NCBI RefSeq assembly: GCF_004010195.1
Contig: NC_057718.1
Span: 85,091,136 to 85,155,135, forward strand
Direction of reading: 5' to 3'
DNA length: 64,000 nucleotides
Origin: Chiloscyllium plagiosum
Taxonomy: Eukaryota
Shown here: positions 1 to 14,546 of the stretch, one piece after another
Numbering within the stretch: the stretch's first letter is position 1
Layout of the letters: each line of letters begins with the position of its first letter
The notes under the pieces: model-generated
Databases searched by the model: none
What the model was told of the DNA's origin: nothing
What the model saw: the letters and a program-made list of their open reading frames with translations, nothing else
Made by a program: the position numbers and the translations under genes

Positions 1-264
1 TGCAAAGATTTGTCCATTATGACCGCATTAGGTTTCCATGTCCACATCCTTCCAATGCTTGCTCCTAATTTCTTTTACCTCCTTTTCAGCAAATTCTGAC
101 TTTCTGCTGTATTCTTCCTTTTGCTGCATGCCAGACTCTCTGCAGTGGTGATGCAGGATGGAAGTTGAGCAGAAAGAGTTGCAACTTTATAAAAGAGGTT
201 ACAAAAGCAGAGGAGACAAAGAGGGAAACAAGTGGATGAAAATAAAACAGCAATGGAAGAGGGA

Positions 265-490
265 GATGAAGTTTCTTCACAGAGGGTTGTGAATCTATGG
301 AATTCCCTGCCAGTAGTTGACACTTCCTCAGTAAACATTTTTAAAGCTGAGATAATTCCTTTACTGTTCAAAACATCATTAAGGATTATGGGGAGGGTGA
401 GTAAGTGGAGTTGAGGCCATGAACAGATCATCCATGATCTCAACAAATGGCAGAGTAGTCTCAAAGGGCCAGGTTACCTACTCCTACTTC
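265..490 (+). mobile_element. CR1-type LINE 3' end fragment
   Basis: SQRVVNLWNSLP...FKAEI C-terminal ORF2 motif followed by a typical 3' UTR. Confidence 0.75.
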
Positions 491-2340
491 TGTACCAGAA
501 TGTTTCAGTCCACCATGCCATATAAAGTAGGCAACAAAGTTTTCTTCTTGGTTAAGGACTTTTATGTCTAAACAAATAGACTTGCCTGCTACCTGTCTGG
601 TGCACCAGCCTGAATCAAGGTGCAAATGTAGCCACAATGTAGTTAGTCAGGAATATGAACTGTTGCAGGTGCCATCACTTAGCTGTGAAACTAAATGAAA
701 GTAGCTCGCATTTCACTATATCGAAGAACAGCAAGGACATTTTTACTAGTGTCCTGGCACATTTTTCTCTCAGTATAAACAAGTCATCTATTTTGTTGGT
801 TCAATGTTCCTGATGTTCCACTTTGTTGTCAGGGTGGCAATGCTTCAGCACTTCTGGACAGCTGGAGATCAAGAATAGCATTAAATGAAAGTAAATTATT
901 TTTGAGATTAGATTCTTGGAGAAAATCACTCTCTTTATTTCCATGGTATGTAGGTAACTTATCCTGAAGGTTGACAAACTGCGTTAAACAACATGACCTG
1001 GTGACCCTTTGCAGTTGGCAGCAACCTGACTGTTCAGCAAACCTGTGCTTGCAAGTCTGTCATTAGTTGTGATTCTGCTGTTTGAATTAGTTTTTAAAAT
1101 AATTTCTGACTACACTCAGCATTTCACCAGAAAGCAATGTTAGATCATTAGCCAGGCCTACAGTGTGATATATTTGCACCCATTACACGTGAAGTACATA
1201 AATATTCCAGTCCCTGTTTGAATGCAGGCGTAAAGAATTTGCACGTTGCACCTTTTTCAAAGTGATCAGAGACAGCTAAATTCTACTGAATCCCCAGGGC
1301 AATTCTCTGACCAATCAGAATCTACATGTGTGGTTTGTGAGTAAAGATTAACAGTGAACTTACTGCATCTCCATGCCATTTATAGCCCAATCAATCCACA
1401 CAGTTCTCATTTTATAAAAAAAGGTCTCTCTCTTATCCTGGTTCTAATGCATGCAAGATGAAAAGCTTCAACTTCTAGTCTCCTTTTAGCAATTTCTTTT
1501 CTCTTTGTTTTTCTATTTAACTTTTCTTGCTGCAGAGATTTTAGGAATGATGAACAAGAGATAGAAACTATTCTTTGTAAACCAGCCAGGGAACAGGAGT
1601 CCATCTCAACCTGAAGGTCCCAGTTTCAATCAACTCTAATCTGACACACACTAACACACATATTTCAAACAATTTTTAAAAAAACTTTTACACAAATCAG
1701 TATATCAATTGATCAGGTTGAGTCCTTGAAAATACAGTAGAACAGTCAAAGTATTCAATAACTAACTGAGTTCAGCAGGTCATTGTTTTGCTGTCTATTC
1801 CCCTTTGCTTGCTTCACTAATAAGGTAACTTTGAACTGTGAAGTCAATTTGAATGTCCAACAAATCGATAATAAAGGCAGGCTAGACCATGAATGCGAAT
1901 GAGGGATTCACCACACGTGCCAGCAAAATGTTTTAATTCACTCTTAAATCCTCATTTTATTTTTCGCCTTCGTGCCTTAAATGCTCAATTGCAGTAAAAA
2001 TTATCTCAGTGCTCATGTACAAAAAGTCCCCTTGTTACAGTTACCTTACACGTAAACAAATATTGCACTTGAGAACAGCCATCAAATTAAACAGTACAGG
2101 CACAATCTGTTAAAGGCATTTGTGGAAGAAACATTACTACTATTATAATTCTGAATTGAGCTCTGCCCATTAGACACAATCAAGATCACTAAACAGAGTC
2201 AAACAAATAATAAAAAAAAAATCAGGCTCAACATGTTAACCCTTTGAAGAACAGACAGATCCATAATTATATTAAAGGAATCTACAGTTAAAAAGTAAGC
2301 TAATTTAGGTAACAGACATCAAATAACTTTTCACAAACAT

Positions 2341-2346
2341 TTTAAT
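2341..2346 (-). promoter_or_regulatory. Candidate polyadenylation signal (ATTAAA) in the pygb 3' UTR
   Basis: ATTAAA followed by GU/U-rich sequence on the minus strand; alternative AATAAA sites near 1956 and 934 cannot be excluded. Confidence 0.3.
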
Positions 2347-2499
2347 AAGGTGCACAGTAAGTGTACTTGTAAAGAAAAAACTAATGCAAGGCCATTTCCA
2401 TAATAAACACAAATCTGGCATATGTGCAGAGGTATTAGACAAAAACACATCAGCATAGATTGCGCACACTCCTGTCTTGATAACTCATAAGCACTTAAA

Positions 2500-2652
2500 C
2501 TAAGCCTTCGGTTCGTTAGGAGGAGGAATCTTCACGTCTGAAGGCTCCACCCCCCAGATCTCTCTGGCATACTCCTTGATGGTTCTATCACTTGAAAACT
2601 TGCCAGAATTGGCAATGTTTTTAATCACCACCTTGGTCCAATCCTTTGGATT
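2500..2652 (-). CDS. pygb: Glycogen phosphorylase exon 20, coding part including the TAG stop
   Basis: [50 protein letters not shown]; the VEPSDxxIPPPN tail is typical of the brain isoform (human PYGB ends VEPSDLQIPPPNIPRD). Confidence 0.95.
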   Translation of the reverse strand, partial: NPKDWTKVVIKNIANSGKFSSDRTIKEYAREIWGVEPSDVKIPPPNEPKA

Positions 2653-4228
2653 CTGTGAACAGAAAGAACACCACTTACTAATTTGCAAAATATATTCAGA
2701 AAACCACTTTATATAACATGGCACCAACAAATCACATGTGGGACTTGTACAGCCTCAACTCATGCACACAGAAAGAACTGGGCACAGCTTGGCCAGACAC
2801 ACACAGAATTGAGCATTGCCCCAACACACACAAGAACAGGCATTACATTAACAGCACAGCACCAATACACATGTAGACAAGAACAGGTAGTGCTGACACA
2901 TGGACCAGACACCCAGAGAAACTCAGTCAAGACTAGGCACCGACAGAAACATTAAAAGTGAGATATGTTCAAAACTTGCATATTATAGTTATTTACAGAT
3001 AATTTATTGTTTACACAATTCTGATCAACACTTCTGTTGTTTTTTTTTTAAACAATCTTGTTTTATGTAGTGGTTTGCAAAAAAAAGTAATTACGCTCCA
3101 GAAGTGATTGGTTGTGTGAAGCTTGCCACTATTTAAGGTTTTTGATTTTCTTCTATTTATTGACCAGTTTCAAACTTCAGAAAAAAAATCCTGTTTTTGT
3201 GACTTCTTGATGAAAAGACATGTTATGAAGATTGCATACAGGGGACTACGTGACTTAATCATCTTTTACGTTGATCAATACCCTAGAATGATCAGTATCA
3301 GGAACCAAAATATATTTGATTGTATCCTATGAAACTCTCAGAGTTAGAACACAAACAGACCAGCATCTCATTTTATGTGCTACTGGTTTCAACTCCTGCC
3401 TGACTTGTCAATCCCTCTGTTATCTAACAATTAGGGCTGGCTCTATTGTGTTTGCTGCAGTTCTGAGATCATTTAAAACAAAACTCAAATTGTGAATGTT
3501 ACCTGATTGGAGTGAATGAAATGCAAACAAGGTCACCTAACTCCACAATTCAAAATTCAAGTTTTACATTTCCCAGAGATAATCAGGATTTTGTGGAAGG
3601 AAGTGAAATGGAAAATAAATTCAAATCCAGCACTGACTGATGAAAGATCACCTCTGCTGATCAACCATTAAGGTCTTACATAAAATTAATTGGTACCATT
3701 TCAATTCTGGTCATAGACTGAACTTGTGAAAGAGTTTGATATTGCAACACTAATTACTCTCTCTGCAATAAGCATAAAACTCTGATTACTGCAAATCAAA
3801 TACCCAATCTTCAAACATTCAACCCACTTCTCTGTAGGCTTGATTAGTTAAGAGGATTCTATCTCTCCTAACTATGTCAATGTGCCTTCTTGCTGAGAGA
3901 ACAACATCTGTAATACTGAACCCTAGTCCTCTTTTCTGGATGAGGTAATACTGGTGATGAATAAGTATAGAATGCCCTTAAAATTTATAGCAGTTTGGTC
4001 AAACTACACAAAGGATATAAAGGCTTTAGATGATGCGAGATTGGAGGTGTAGTAACTACTGTATTACTAGTGAATAACTGATGAACCAGGTTACCAATGG
4101 GGGAAGCGTAGGGGACAAAATGTGGAAGTCAAATGATGCCGTCTCCTGCAATATCATCCAGCGTAGGTAAGGTGGTTCATTAACTGTATTTAAAGACATC
4201 AACACAGCAAGACCTACAGGAAACTCAC

Positions 4229-4295
4229 CTTATAAAGCTTACTAACTTTCTCCTGGCATTTCACATATGCTTCAAAGTCAGCAAATACTTTAAAC
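4229..4295 (-). CDS. pygb: Glycogen phosphorylase exon 19 (67 nt)
   Basis: FKVFADFEAYVKCQEKVSKLYK; cag| acceptor, |gtgagt donor. Confidence 0.95.
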
Positions 4296-5699
4296 CTGAA
4301 AGAGTTGAAAGTCAAGATTAAGCACAGAACACAAGATCCTGCAAAGTGGTGAAACAAATGTAGGAGATTAAATACACCAGTATATAAATGTCAGATTAGT
4401 TAATTGAAACAAATAACTCAGCTTCTGAATGTTTGATCTGATTTTTTAAATGAGTTTTGTTTAAAGAAGTGTCAAAAAGCCTTTGGAAAACTTGATTTTT
4501 TGAATCCTCAACTATATTAATATTTGATGGATGAGCACAAAGTTTGGAGACAGATCTGGGTAAATTATAACTGGAATGGGAAATAGAATTTGGTGCTGTT
4601 AGGAATTCAGAGTGAAATGAAGGAGGTCTTTCATGTCAAATATGAATGAGTGGAAGTGCAGAACATAAAGTAAGTATACAGGTTAAATATTTAGAAATCT
4701 AATATTTGGGTTCATTGTCGTTAGTATCTCAATGGCTCTTGTTAAGCTGAGTAAATAATTTCATGGCAGGAAGAACATGTTCAAGGCAAATGGGTCGCAA
4801 CTGAACAGAGTTACGACCAATGTCCTTGTGGGCAGGTTAAACTACTGCTCTACTGGGAGGAATTAATCACATTTAGAGGAGGATGGGCAAAAGTATATAG
4901 CATTAAACATGGCAGCAAAATATACAGAAGATGGGAGAGAGTAATAAAGAATCAGGTGGAATAATAGAAAATACAAAGGACTCTAACATTTGAAATGCGT
5001 GTGTACACATTAGTGTTAAGTGAGATCTGTCTTATAAAAACAAAGGATTGGACGCTGAACATTTTTGAGCCCAAGCCAGAGGAATGGCAGAGAAGTAGAG
5101 GAAAAAAAAATAATAAAGAGAGAGTGCACCCTGTACTCCCTAGTTTAAGTCAATAAAGTGTTACTGAAAAGAGCAGTGGTTCCCTTTGGCATACCTGGAG
5201 GAGCACCACAGTTTACCTAACTGCAGTGTAACAAATTGTCATTCACCACAGCTCTTGTTCAATATTACACTTTTTACTGTATTTTACAAGTCACTAAATA
5301 GTGGGAATGAGATAAGTAGGCAGACAAAGAAATTACTGAGCTTCAAAAATAAGGAGGAGTTATGACTCGGAGAGATTTAGTCTAAAAGTACATAACTGAA
5401 GGAAGGGAAAATGAGTGAGAGATGTAGTCTGGATAAACTGGAATCAAAGTCTGCCAGGCAGAAATGTAATGGAGAATGTGGACAGTTTTTGAGGAGGAAA
5501 TAGTTTGGATGCAGTCTAAGTACATCCCCAAGGGGGGGGGGGGGGGGGTAAATGGAGGGGCAGCCAAAACCTGATCTTCCTGGAAGAGTTTGGGAGTAGG
5601 ATGAACTGGAAATGAGACACAATAATAAACAGCACTTTGTTAATACAAGAAAAAATTGGACTGTATATAAATAAGCAAGAATGAAACAAGCAGTGCAAA

Positions 5700-6000
5700 A
5701 ATACAAATGTTGAATGGTTTGGCAGCTGACATAAAAAGGATACCACAATTTAAGGATACAGGGTAGCCCGGTTAGAACGGAGATGAGGAGAAATTCCTTT
5801 AACAAGTGAGTGGAACACTGCTACACAGCAGTTGAGGTCAAAACACTGAATGTTCAAGAAGTTAGATATAATTCTTAGTGCTAAAGGGAACAGTGGGTAT
5901 GGAGATAAAGCAGGAACAGCATATTGAGTTGGATGATTAGCCATGATTTTATTGAATGGCGGTGCAGGATCAATAGGCTGCTCCTATTTTCTATGTTTCC
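5700..6000 (+). mobile_element. CR1-type LINE 3' end fragment
   Basis: 'gagatgaggagaaattcctt...tggaacactgctacaca...ctcctattttctatgtt' CR1 tail pattern. Confidence 0.65.
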
Positions 6001-6203
6001 ATAAAGGATATCAGTGAAGCCATTGGGTTTTTAAGATTGCTTTACTGACACTTAACCAGATATTTTAAAGTTCAAATTCTCAAAAAGCCAAGATCCAGCC
6101 TCCCGCTTGTCTACCAAGGTTGGTTTTGAACCTTTTTTTTTTGATTACTCATCCAGTAACAGCTGCCATCCATGTGAATGGGCAATCTATCAGTGGAAGT
6201 TAC

Positions 6204-6338
6204 CTGTCATGGTACATCAACATGTTAACTATGTCTTTAAACAGCTCTGGCTCTTTAGGAGAGAAATATCCACCACTGATCTGATCTATAGCTTGTCTCA
6301 ATTCAGGCAGCTTTTCGAAGTATTCTCTGGCATCGTAC
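6204..6338 (-). CDS. pygb: Glycogen phosphorylase exon 18 (135 nt)
   Basis: [45 protein letters not shown]; cag| acceptor, |gtaac donor. Confidence 0.96.
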
Positions 6339-6867
6339 CTGTACAGAATACAAAATCAAAAAGTAATTTGTACACAAGGTTTTCTTGTTGACTCGTGAGA
6401 ATGTGGGCAACACTGGCTGACCAGCATTTATTGCCTGTTCCTAGTTACCCGTGAGAAGGTGGCCAGAAGCATTTGTCTTAAATGCTGCAGTCCACGTGCT
6501 TTAGGTGGACCCATGATGCCCTCAAGGAAGAGATTCAAGTTGTTATCCGTCGGAACAATTATGGAATTTTAAAAACAAGAGGTGACTGTTTGGCGTATCA
6601 AGTTTGATTGAAATGCAGTTCAGCCATGAAGAGCAAATTCATTGACTTATCTCTGCATAAAAGGATGCAGATAAAACACTTCCTGGCCTGACACAAGCTC
6701 AGTCTGTTCAGAGGCCATCTGAAGTGAGAGAGTATCTAGAAACATCACAAAAAATACACAGGAGGAATGATCAGAGCAATGCTTCTTCCTGCATTGTACA
6801 GGAGAAATACAGATTTAGACAGTGCCCTTAGGGACTTTAGTTTCAAACTGACTATATACAATTGACA

Positions 6868-7076
6868 AGGAGAAAGTGAGGACTGCAGAGGCTGGAGATC
6901 AGAGTCAAAAAGTGTGGCGCTGGAAAAGCACAGCTGGTCAGGCAGCATCCGAGGAGCAGGAGAATCGGCATTTTGGGCATAAGCTCTGGTGAAGAGCTTA
7001 TGCTTGAAATGTCAACTCTCCTGCTCCTTGGATGCTGCCTGACAGCTGTGCTTTTCCAGTGCCACACTTCTTGACT
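6868..7076. mobile_element. Penelope-derived palindromic element with a degenerate hammerhead core
   Basis: About 85-bp inverted arms centred near 6990; CTGgTGA-a-GAGC-TTAT-GCTT-GAAA-TGTC; flanking duplication gactatatac(ac)aatt(g/c)acaa. Confidence 0.75.
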
Positions 7077-7139
7077 ATATACACAATTCACAATTGCTAT
7101 CACTATGTAAAATGTAACTGGATACATAAACTGAGCAAC

Positions 7140-7565
7140 GCCATCGAGATGTACAACACTGAAGCAGACCCTTTGGTCCAACTTGTCCATGCCAACTAAA
7201 TATCTTAAATTAATCTCATGCGCATCCATTTGCCTTTTACATGTTGTAATTGTACTAGTCTCCACCACTTCCTCTGGCAGCTCATTCCATACACACAACC
7301 TTTACGTGAAAAAGTTGCCTTTTAGGCCCCTTTTAAAATTTTTCCCCTCTCACCCTAAACCTATGCCCTCTAGTTCTGGACTCTCCCACCCCAGGGAAAA
7401 GACCTTGTCTATTTACTCTATCCGTGCTCATGATTTTATAATCCTCTAATAAGGCCACCCCTCAGCCTCTGACACTCCAGGCAAAACAGCCCCAGCCCAT
7501 TCAGCCTTTCCCAGACCTCAAAACCTCCAATTCTGGCAACATCCCTGTAAATCTTTTCTGAACCC
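7140..7565 (-). mobile_element. CR1-type LINE 3' fragment
   Basis: Minus-strand ORF contains VWNELPEEVVE; similar to other CR1 tails in the window. Confidence 0.75.
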
Positions 7566-7944
7566 TTGTGTTGATGAAGAAATCACTGCATGTACAAAGC
7601 ACTTTTCACAATTTCAGGATTTTCCAATGCGTTTTACAAATATTGAAGCACTTTTGAAATAAAGTCACAGTTTGTTACATAGGAAACAGATCATCAATTT
7701 GTGCACAGGGAAGTTCCACTAATGGCACCAAGATCTTGACTGGATGATCTAGTTTAATGGTATTAACTGAGGGATAAACATTGGCCAAGGCATTTGTGCA
7801 GTTAGATCTGCAAAGATGGATGGAGCTTTTGTCCACTGTCCAATCCAAATGATGGCACATCTGGCATGGCAACATGACCTATTGAAATTGAATACAAATT
7901 GGATTTTGTGCTTGAATCTCTGTAGTGGAACTATGATATCTTTA

Positions 7945-8301
<357 letters not shown>

Positions 8302-9334
8302 TCAACTTATAACTTCACTCTAATAAAAACTTGGATTTATACTGCATCTTTACTGATGTGCCTTTATGTCCTACACAGGACTATAACTGGGAAAAATGGG
8401 CAAGATATACAAGGTGATGTTGTGGCATGACATAAAAACCTGATCTATAGATATGTTCGGAGGAGGAGGAGGCTATTAAAGGAGATTAAGGTGGAGAGAT
8501 TTCTAAACAGCTAAAGGCACAGCTGCCAGAGCACAACAATTTGGAAGAATGTGAAGGTCTCAGTTTTTGGGTGGCGAGGTGATGACTGGAGAGGGAGATT
8601 AGTGAAGGGAATTTGGTGCAACTAACAGAGTTTCAATGCAAAAGTCAACAGCCCCTTTATACTAAAGGGCATCCTTTTACCATTATTATCTGTCTCTCAC
8701 ATTTGACTCCTTGACCATTAGTTGATTCCAGTCTGTATGCAGTTTAATACTTTGTGGTTTGCCACCTGACCTTCTTGCTGGATATCCTCAGCAAATGTTA
8801 AACACCCATCAGGAGTGATCTCGAATACAGATTACTGCTCTGCATTTGAGTGGAATCAATCTCTCATGAATTGGGGGGAGGGCATATTAATGGTCTCAAG
8901 AATTGTGATGAAATTATGCAATTGTTGTAGTATTTATGAAGTCCAATTCAAAACTTACAGAAATGCTGTACCAAATCCTCTTAGTAGCTGTTTGTCACAC
9001 TATATTATGCAGCATCATTGACAACCTCATAACATTGAAATAAAACTACCAACCAATGAAGTATTTTGGCATGTCTGGGCACTATTCACTGTAGGAAGAT
9101 AACAGCCAATTTGAGTAATGATGGACTTTAGGAAAAAAGTTAATCCTCATTTAATAATTTTCTGCCCATTTCTAACAAGGTGGCAACACTGCTTTCAGCT
9201 GTTTAACTAAACTGAATGGCCTGTTAGGTTACTCAAAGGCAATTTAGAGTCAAGCACATCGGTCTATAATTGGAGTTACAAGTATGCGAGAGTAAGGACA
9301 ACAAAATGTCATATACATAATATATATAAATAAT

Positions 9335-10270
9335 CTAGAGGAAGATATAGATTAGCAAGTTTGCAAGTTTGCAGATGACACTAAGATTGATGGAGTAGCA
9401 GATAGTGAAGGGGACTGTCAGAGAATGCAGCAGAATATAGATAGATTGGAGAGCTGGGTGCAGAAATGGCAGATGGAGTTCAATCCAGGCAAATGCAAGG
9501 TGATGCATTTTGGAAGATCCAAATCAAGTGCGAACTATACAGTAAATGAAAAAGCCCTGGGGAAAATTGATGTACAGAGGGGTCTGGATGTGCAGGTCCA
9601 TTGTACCCTGAAGATGGCAACGCATGTCAATAGGGAGATCAAGGAGGCATATGGCATGCTTTCCTTCATCAGATGGGTTATTGAGTACAAGCATTGGCAG
9701 GTCATGTTACAGTTGTATAGGGCTTTGGTTCGGCCACATTTGGAAAACTGCATGCAATTCTTGTCACCACATTACCAAAAGGATGCAGGGATGCTTTGGA
9801 CAGGGTGCAAAGGAGATTCATGAGGCTGTTGCCTGGTCTGGAGGGCGCTATGAAGAGGGGTTGAGTAGATTAGGACTATTTTCATTAGAAAGACAGAGGT
9901 TGAGGGGGGACTTGACTGAGGTCTACAAAATCATGAGCGGTATAGACAGGGTGGATAGCAAGATGCTTTTTCCCCGCAGAGTGGGGGATTCAATTACTAG
10001 GGGTCACAAGTTCAAAGTGAGAGGGGAAAAGTTTAAGGGGGATGTATGTGAAAAGTTCTTTACGCAGAGGGTGGTGGGTGCCAGTGGAGGTGTTAGAAGC
10101 AGGCACGATAGCATCATTTAAGATGTATCTAGACAGATACATGAATAGGCAGGGAGCAGAGGGATAACAGACCCTTGGAAAATAGATGACCGGTTTATTT
10201 TGAGGATCTGGATCGGCACAGGCTTGGAGGGCCGAAGAGTCTATTGCTGCACTGTAATTTTCTTTGTTCA
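9335..10270 (+). mobile_element. CR1 LINE, 5'-truncated (end of RT domain to 3' UTR)
   Basis: KFADDTK, WQMEFNPGKCKVMHFG, LYRALVRPHLE, LGLFSLERQRLRGDLTEVYKIM. Confidence 0.9.
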
Positions 10271-11257
10271 CCCTAAAACCAGTAAACAACTTCATGGCCA
10301 CTTCTACTGATAACAGCTTTTTATTTACACTTTTAAAAATGCATTTAATTTTCCTACTGTTATAAGGGATCTGCATTTGGGTTCTTCTGATCACTAATCC
10401 AGGCTCCTTTTTGGATAATTAGCTTCCTGTTCCTGTATGCGTTGCTGTGACTGTGTCAGGAGTGGAGTTGGTGGGTTAACATCATCTTTTCATAGAAATA
10501 GGCCAAAGAAGCATTTATATAATATGTTCCCATTGGAGATTAGATGGATGAAGCAAAGTCCACAAAAGGATAGTTTGTATTTAGTCTGTGTAAAGTACAC
10601 ACTTAAAATGCCAGAGAACATTTGCAAAGTATGAATGAATAGAGGACTGAAGATTTTTCAAACAACTGCATAAATAGTACAAAGAATCATGTGGTAATAC
10701 AGAACTTGACAATTACTGAAAAATATGCAATTTTTGAAAACTTTTTGTCTTGCACTCATCAGAACAGTGCTCAAGAAATACCAAGGTAAAGGAAAGGCAA
10801 CATTTATACTGTGTGAGAGGAGAATGATTAGTTGGCAAATGGATTCCTCTGCTGGGCAGTCCAGTACAATGGGGAATATCCTTAAAAGTAGAGTTAGGCC
10901 ATTGAAGGGTAACATTGAAGCAATTCTTCATGCAAGATGTTGTGAAAATCTGGAAATGTTCCCCGTTAATCCCAAAAGACATTGAGGCTACATCAGTTTG
11001 AAGTGCCGAAACTGAGATTGAGAAGACTGTGCATTACAAGGCTAAAACAGGTAGATGGCGATAAAATTAGAGTGATCCAATTAAATGGCTAAATGACCTA
11101 CTTTTGTTCTTACATTGCTCTTTTGCTAGATTATGTAAATTTACAGCCAAACATTTTTGAAAATCTAGCTTTTCAGAAGCACTTGCCATGATTATTATTT
11201 TCTCTCTGGCAACCAACTTAAAAAAGGTTAGATTCCTGTGGTCCTGCCTTCACTTAC

Positions 11258-11399
11258 CTTTCTCAGCAAGGGACACTCGGTAGTTCTCCAGGAAGATGAC
11301 CTTCAGTCTGTCACCCACAATGGGATCATTGTTGACGACATTTCCAACGGATGTTATGAGTTTAATGATCATCTTGGCCATGTGGTAGCCAGGAGCTGC
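11258..11399 (-). CDS. pygb: Glycogen phosphorylase exon 16 (142 nt)
   Basis: [47 protein letters not shown]; cag| acceptor, |gtaagt donor. Confidence 0.96.
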
Positions 11400-14354
11400 C
11401 TGTAAATGACCAGGGAAAACAGGATAAACAGGCAGCATGGCCTAACTGTACTAGATACAACCAGCAGTCTCACCAGCAAGTAAAGATATTAAAGTAAATA
11501 AATTAACTGGTGAGCTGTCAGAAAATAATGTGGTTACATAAAGTAATATATGTACAGAGAAAGACCAATGTAAAAGTTCAATTAATATTTTGTATGTGGA
11601 GTCTTAAGGGCAAGATATGATTTAGTTTAATTTTTGATTGCTTTTGTGGCTTGGTATCAAGAGATATGAAGATCTGTTTTGTTTACATGCATTTTAAAAT
11701 GTTTTAAAACTTAGAGGCGAAGAGTTCTGTGTAGTACACAGAAAGAGCAAAACAACCTGTTGCTTAGCAACAGGAAGTCAATGACATACAGCAAAATATA
11801 GAACAATCTAAAATATTAGTCAGTAAGCATGATGCAAGCCAAGGTGGGAAGGACTTCTGAACACTGGCTCTAGGAAATGCATGTAGTTGTTCTGAAGTTA
11901 AAGTCATATTGAGTTTAGTTGGCAGTTTGTCTATTTCAAAGAGAGAAACCAGGTGAAGGGAATAGGTGTCTAATAACTACATGGAACTTTATTGAAAGGA
12001 AACCAACTGCAGCTGTACCAGCTCAAATCTGAGCAAATAGGCTAAGTGTGGAGATAGCAGCAACTTTACTTAGCTTTTTGTAACCACCTTTGTGTCAACT
12101 TTACCGTTTTGCACAGAGCTTTTTCTCATGAGCCCTAGCAAGATTTCTTACACTATATTCCAAAACTGTCTTCATTATCTAAGCACCATGGCATCCTCCT
12201 GTTGGGCACACTTTTACCCTAAACACAGACAGAAGTGGTCACCATTGTAGGGATGTTCCAGGGTTCCTAGTACCAAAGCCATATTTAAAAACATAGTTGT
12301 GTACCAGGTGAAGCAATGTCAGTCTTAAGAACAATTCTTTTGTCTGACAAATTTTCTTGGATGTAGTGGACAGAGGAAATTGGCACGCCACTTTGCCAAC
12401 AGGGACCTCTAAGGGTGAGATGGTGCAAAGGAGGGCTGTCCAATTCTCTCAGGATCAATAGAGAAGATCACATCCCGATCAAAAGCCCTAGCACAGTCTG
12501 GTCAGAGGTATGGTGTTGCCATCTGTTCCTTTGGAGCATTAATATCATAAGGTGGTCAATGACGTTTCCCAATCTGCAAATGTTACCTCACATTCACTCA
12601 TCCAAACTCTACCTCTGCTACTGCAGTCACTGCTCACTCAAGCGCATGGTCCACCACTCACTTTACTGCTTGCAACGTCTTCCCTCACTTGCTCTCACCC
12701 ACCCAGCGTGTCTACACTGCCAACCCTGCATGCCCTCTGCACCACTTAATGCACTGATTTGGGACACCTCACCACTTGTCTCTCACCTGCACCAACAGCT
12801 GTGCCCGTCACTTTCATCGCACACAAACCCAGCCCCATCTCATCCCAGGAGACAAAGGCCGGTGATAAAGCAGGAAGAGAGAAGATGGGGTGCCCCACAA
12901 TGTTCATCTCCTCACACTTTACAAGGAGGAAATCATTGCCCTAGCTGGTGAGAATCACAACTGTCCTCATTGTGATACCACAATGTGTGTGTCATAGCAA
13001 CCAAGAATCACTGTCCATTACCATGCTGCTGTACTCCCACTGCGAATGTAGTTACCAAACATCTACCCATTTTTTGGAGATCTTTTTCTCTTTTGTTTCA
13101 TGCAGATACCAATAGAAACTGCATTGTCTGCACGGTCAAGAGAGTAGCCCCACAAGACATCTTCTCCACCACAGAGGAAGGTTGTGTTGTCATAGTCTTA
13201 CCATACCATAAGGCTGATCTCTCATTAAAAAGATGACTAGTAATGCCTTAACCATTGGGGGGCCACCATATCTCAGGAGGGAATGGGGGGCGCGGGGGAG
13301 AGAGGTGGAAAAGAGGTTGAAAAGGAGAGTCCTTCATAATAGCGTCAGGAATTTAATCCTCATTGTTGGCATTACACTGCTTCACAAACCAATGATCCAG
13401 CCAATTAAGCTAAACCGACCCTCAGAGTCAACAAAAACTAAACTGAGACTCTACTGACTGGATCTTAGATGATTGAAATGTGACCTCTTTGAAACATGTA
13501 GGATTCTTAAGGGATTTGACAGGATATGAAGGGATAAAGGGACAGGCAAGAATGAGAATCAGAGTCCAAATTCATTCATGGTCGTACTGAACAAAGGACT
13601 AGCCTTGATAGGCATGGCCTTCTCCTATTCCTTTTTCTAATATTGAGTGACAGTTGCATCACTGAGCACAAAACTGCATGATACCACTCAGGACATCAGC
13701 ACTTATGCTTCGTCAATGCTGTTATGTTGCCTCTCAATCAACCAGCCCAGACAGAAGCTGGGATTTCTAGGTGCACAAGTCCATTCTGCAGGCTTTCATT
13801 TCCCCTGTAAAAGTCAACAGCCTTCCAGCAGCCACACTGGAGCTACAGAGATCGCACTACAGAAGGGAATTAGGACAGCCAAAGATATCTGAAAGGCAGG
13901 AACTATGGAAAAGTCTATTTTATGTTTATGAATGCATTACTATTGGAAGAAAATGTAGACAGCGATTATTACAGCATTTTTGTCACAAAAGAGTATGATG
14001 AGATGTTGTGGTGGATGGGAAGGTCAGAGTATTGAAGCAGAGGTGCTGAAGAGATGAAAAAACAAACTGACAGTTTAAAAATGAGGGGCCTTCCATTAAG
14101 ACCAAGGTGAGGCGAAATAGTTTCTCTTAGAGGGCAAGTAGTCTTTGGAATTCTCTTCCACAGACAACAGCTATGTCACTGAATATATTCATAGTTGACT
14201 TTTAATTGACAAAGGATCGAGACAGGCAGGAAAGTGGAGTTAAGGTCATATTCAGGTTAATCATCTTACTTATTTGCAGATTAAGCTTGATTAGCCAAAT
14301 AGTTGGTATCTGCTCCTATTTCATATGATAGCGTAATCATATAAAATTTGCCAT

Positions 14355-14546
14355 GATGTGGAGGAGCCAGTGTTGGTCTGGGGTGGACAAAGTTAAAAAA
14401 ATCACAACACCAAGTTATAGTCCAACAGGTTTATTTGGAAGCACCAGTAAGCTGTATGATGAAGGAGCAGCGCTCCGAAAGCTAGTGCATCCAAATAAAC
14501 CTGTTGGACTATAACCTGGTGTTGTGTGATTTTTTTATACTTTGTT
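14355..14546. mobile_element. Penelope-derived palindromic element (second family) with a hammerhead-like core
   Basis: Inverted arms acaacaccaagttatagtccaacaggtttatttgga / tccaaataaacctgttggactataacctggtgttgt; aTGATGA-a-GGAGC-AGC-GCTCC-GAAA-GCTA; TSD catataaaatttg(c/a)cat. Confidence 0.75.

Noticed and set aside
1..260. Possible exon of a neighbouring gene (ABHD12 lies tail-to-tail with PYGB in human)
   Set aside because: No frame gives a recognisable protein; the ORF-track entries here run into a CR1 tail.
3123..3332. Plus-strand ORF beginning PLFKVFDF, resembling exon 19 (FKVFADF)
   Set aside because: Opposite strand, similarity ends after a few codons, AT-rich; most likely chance.
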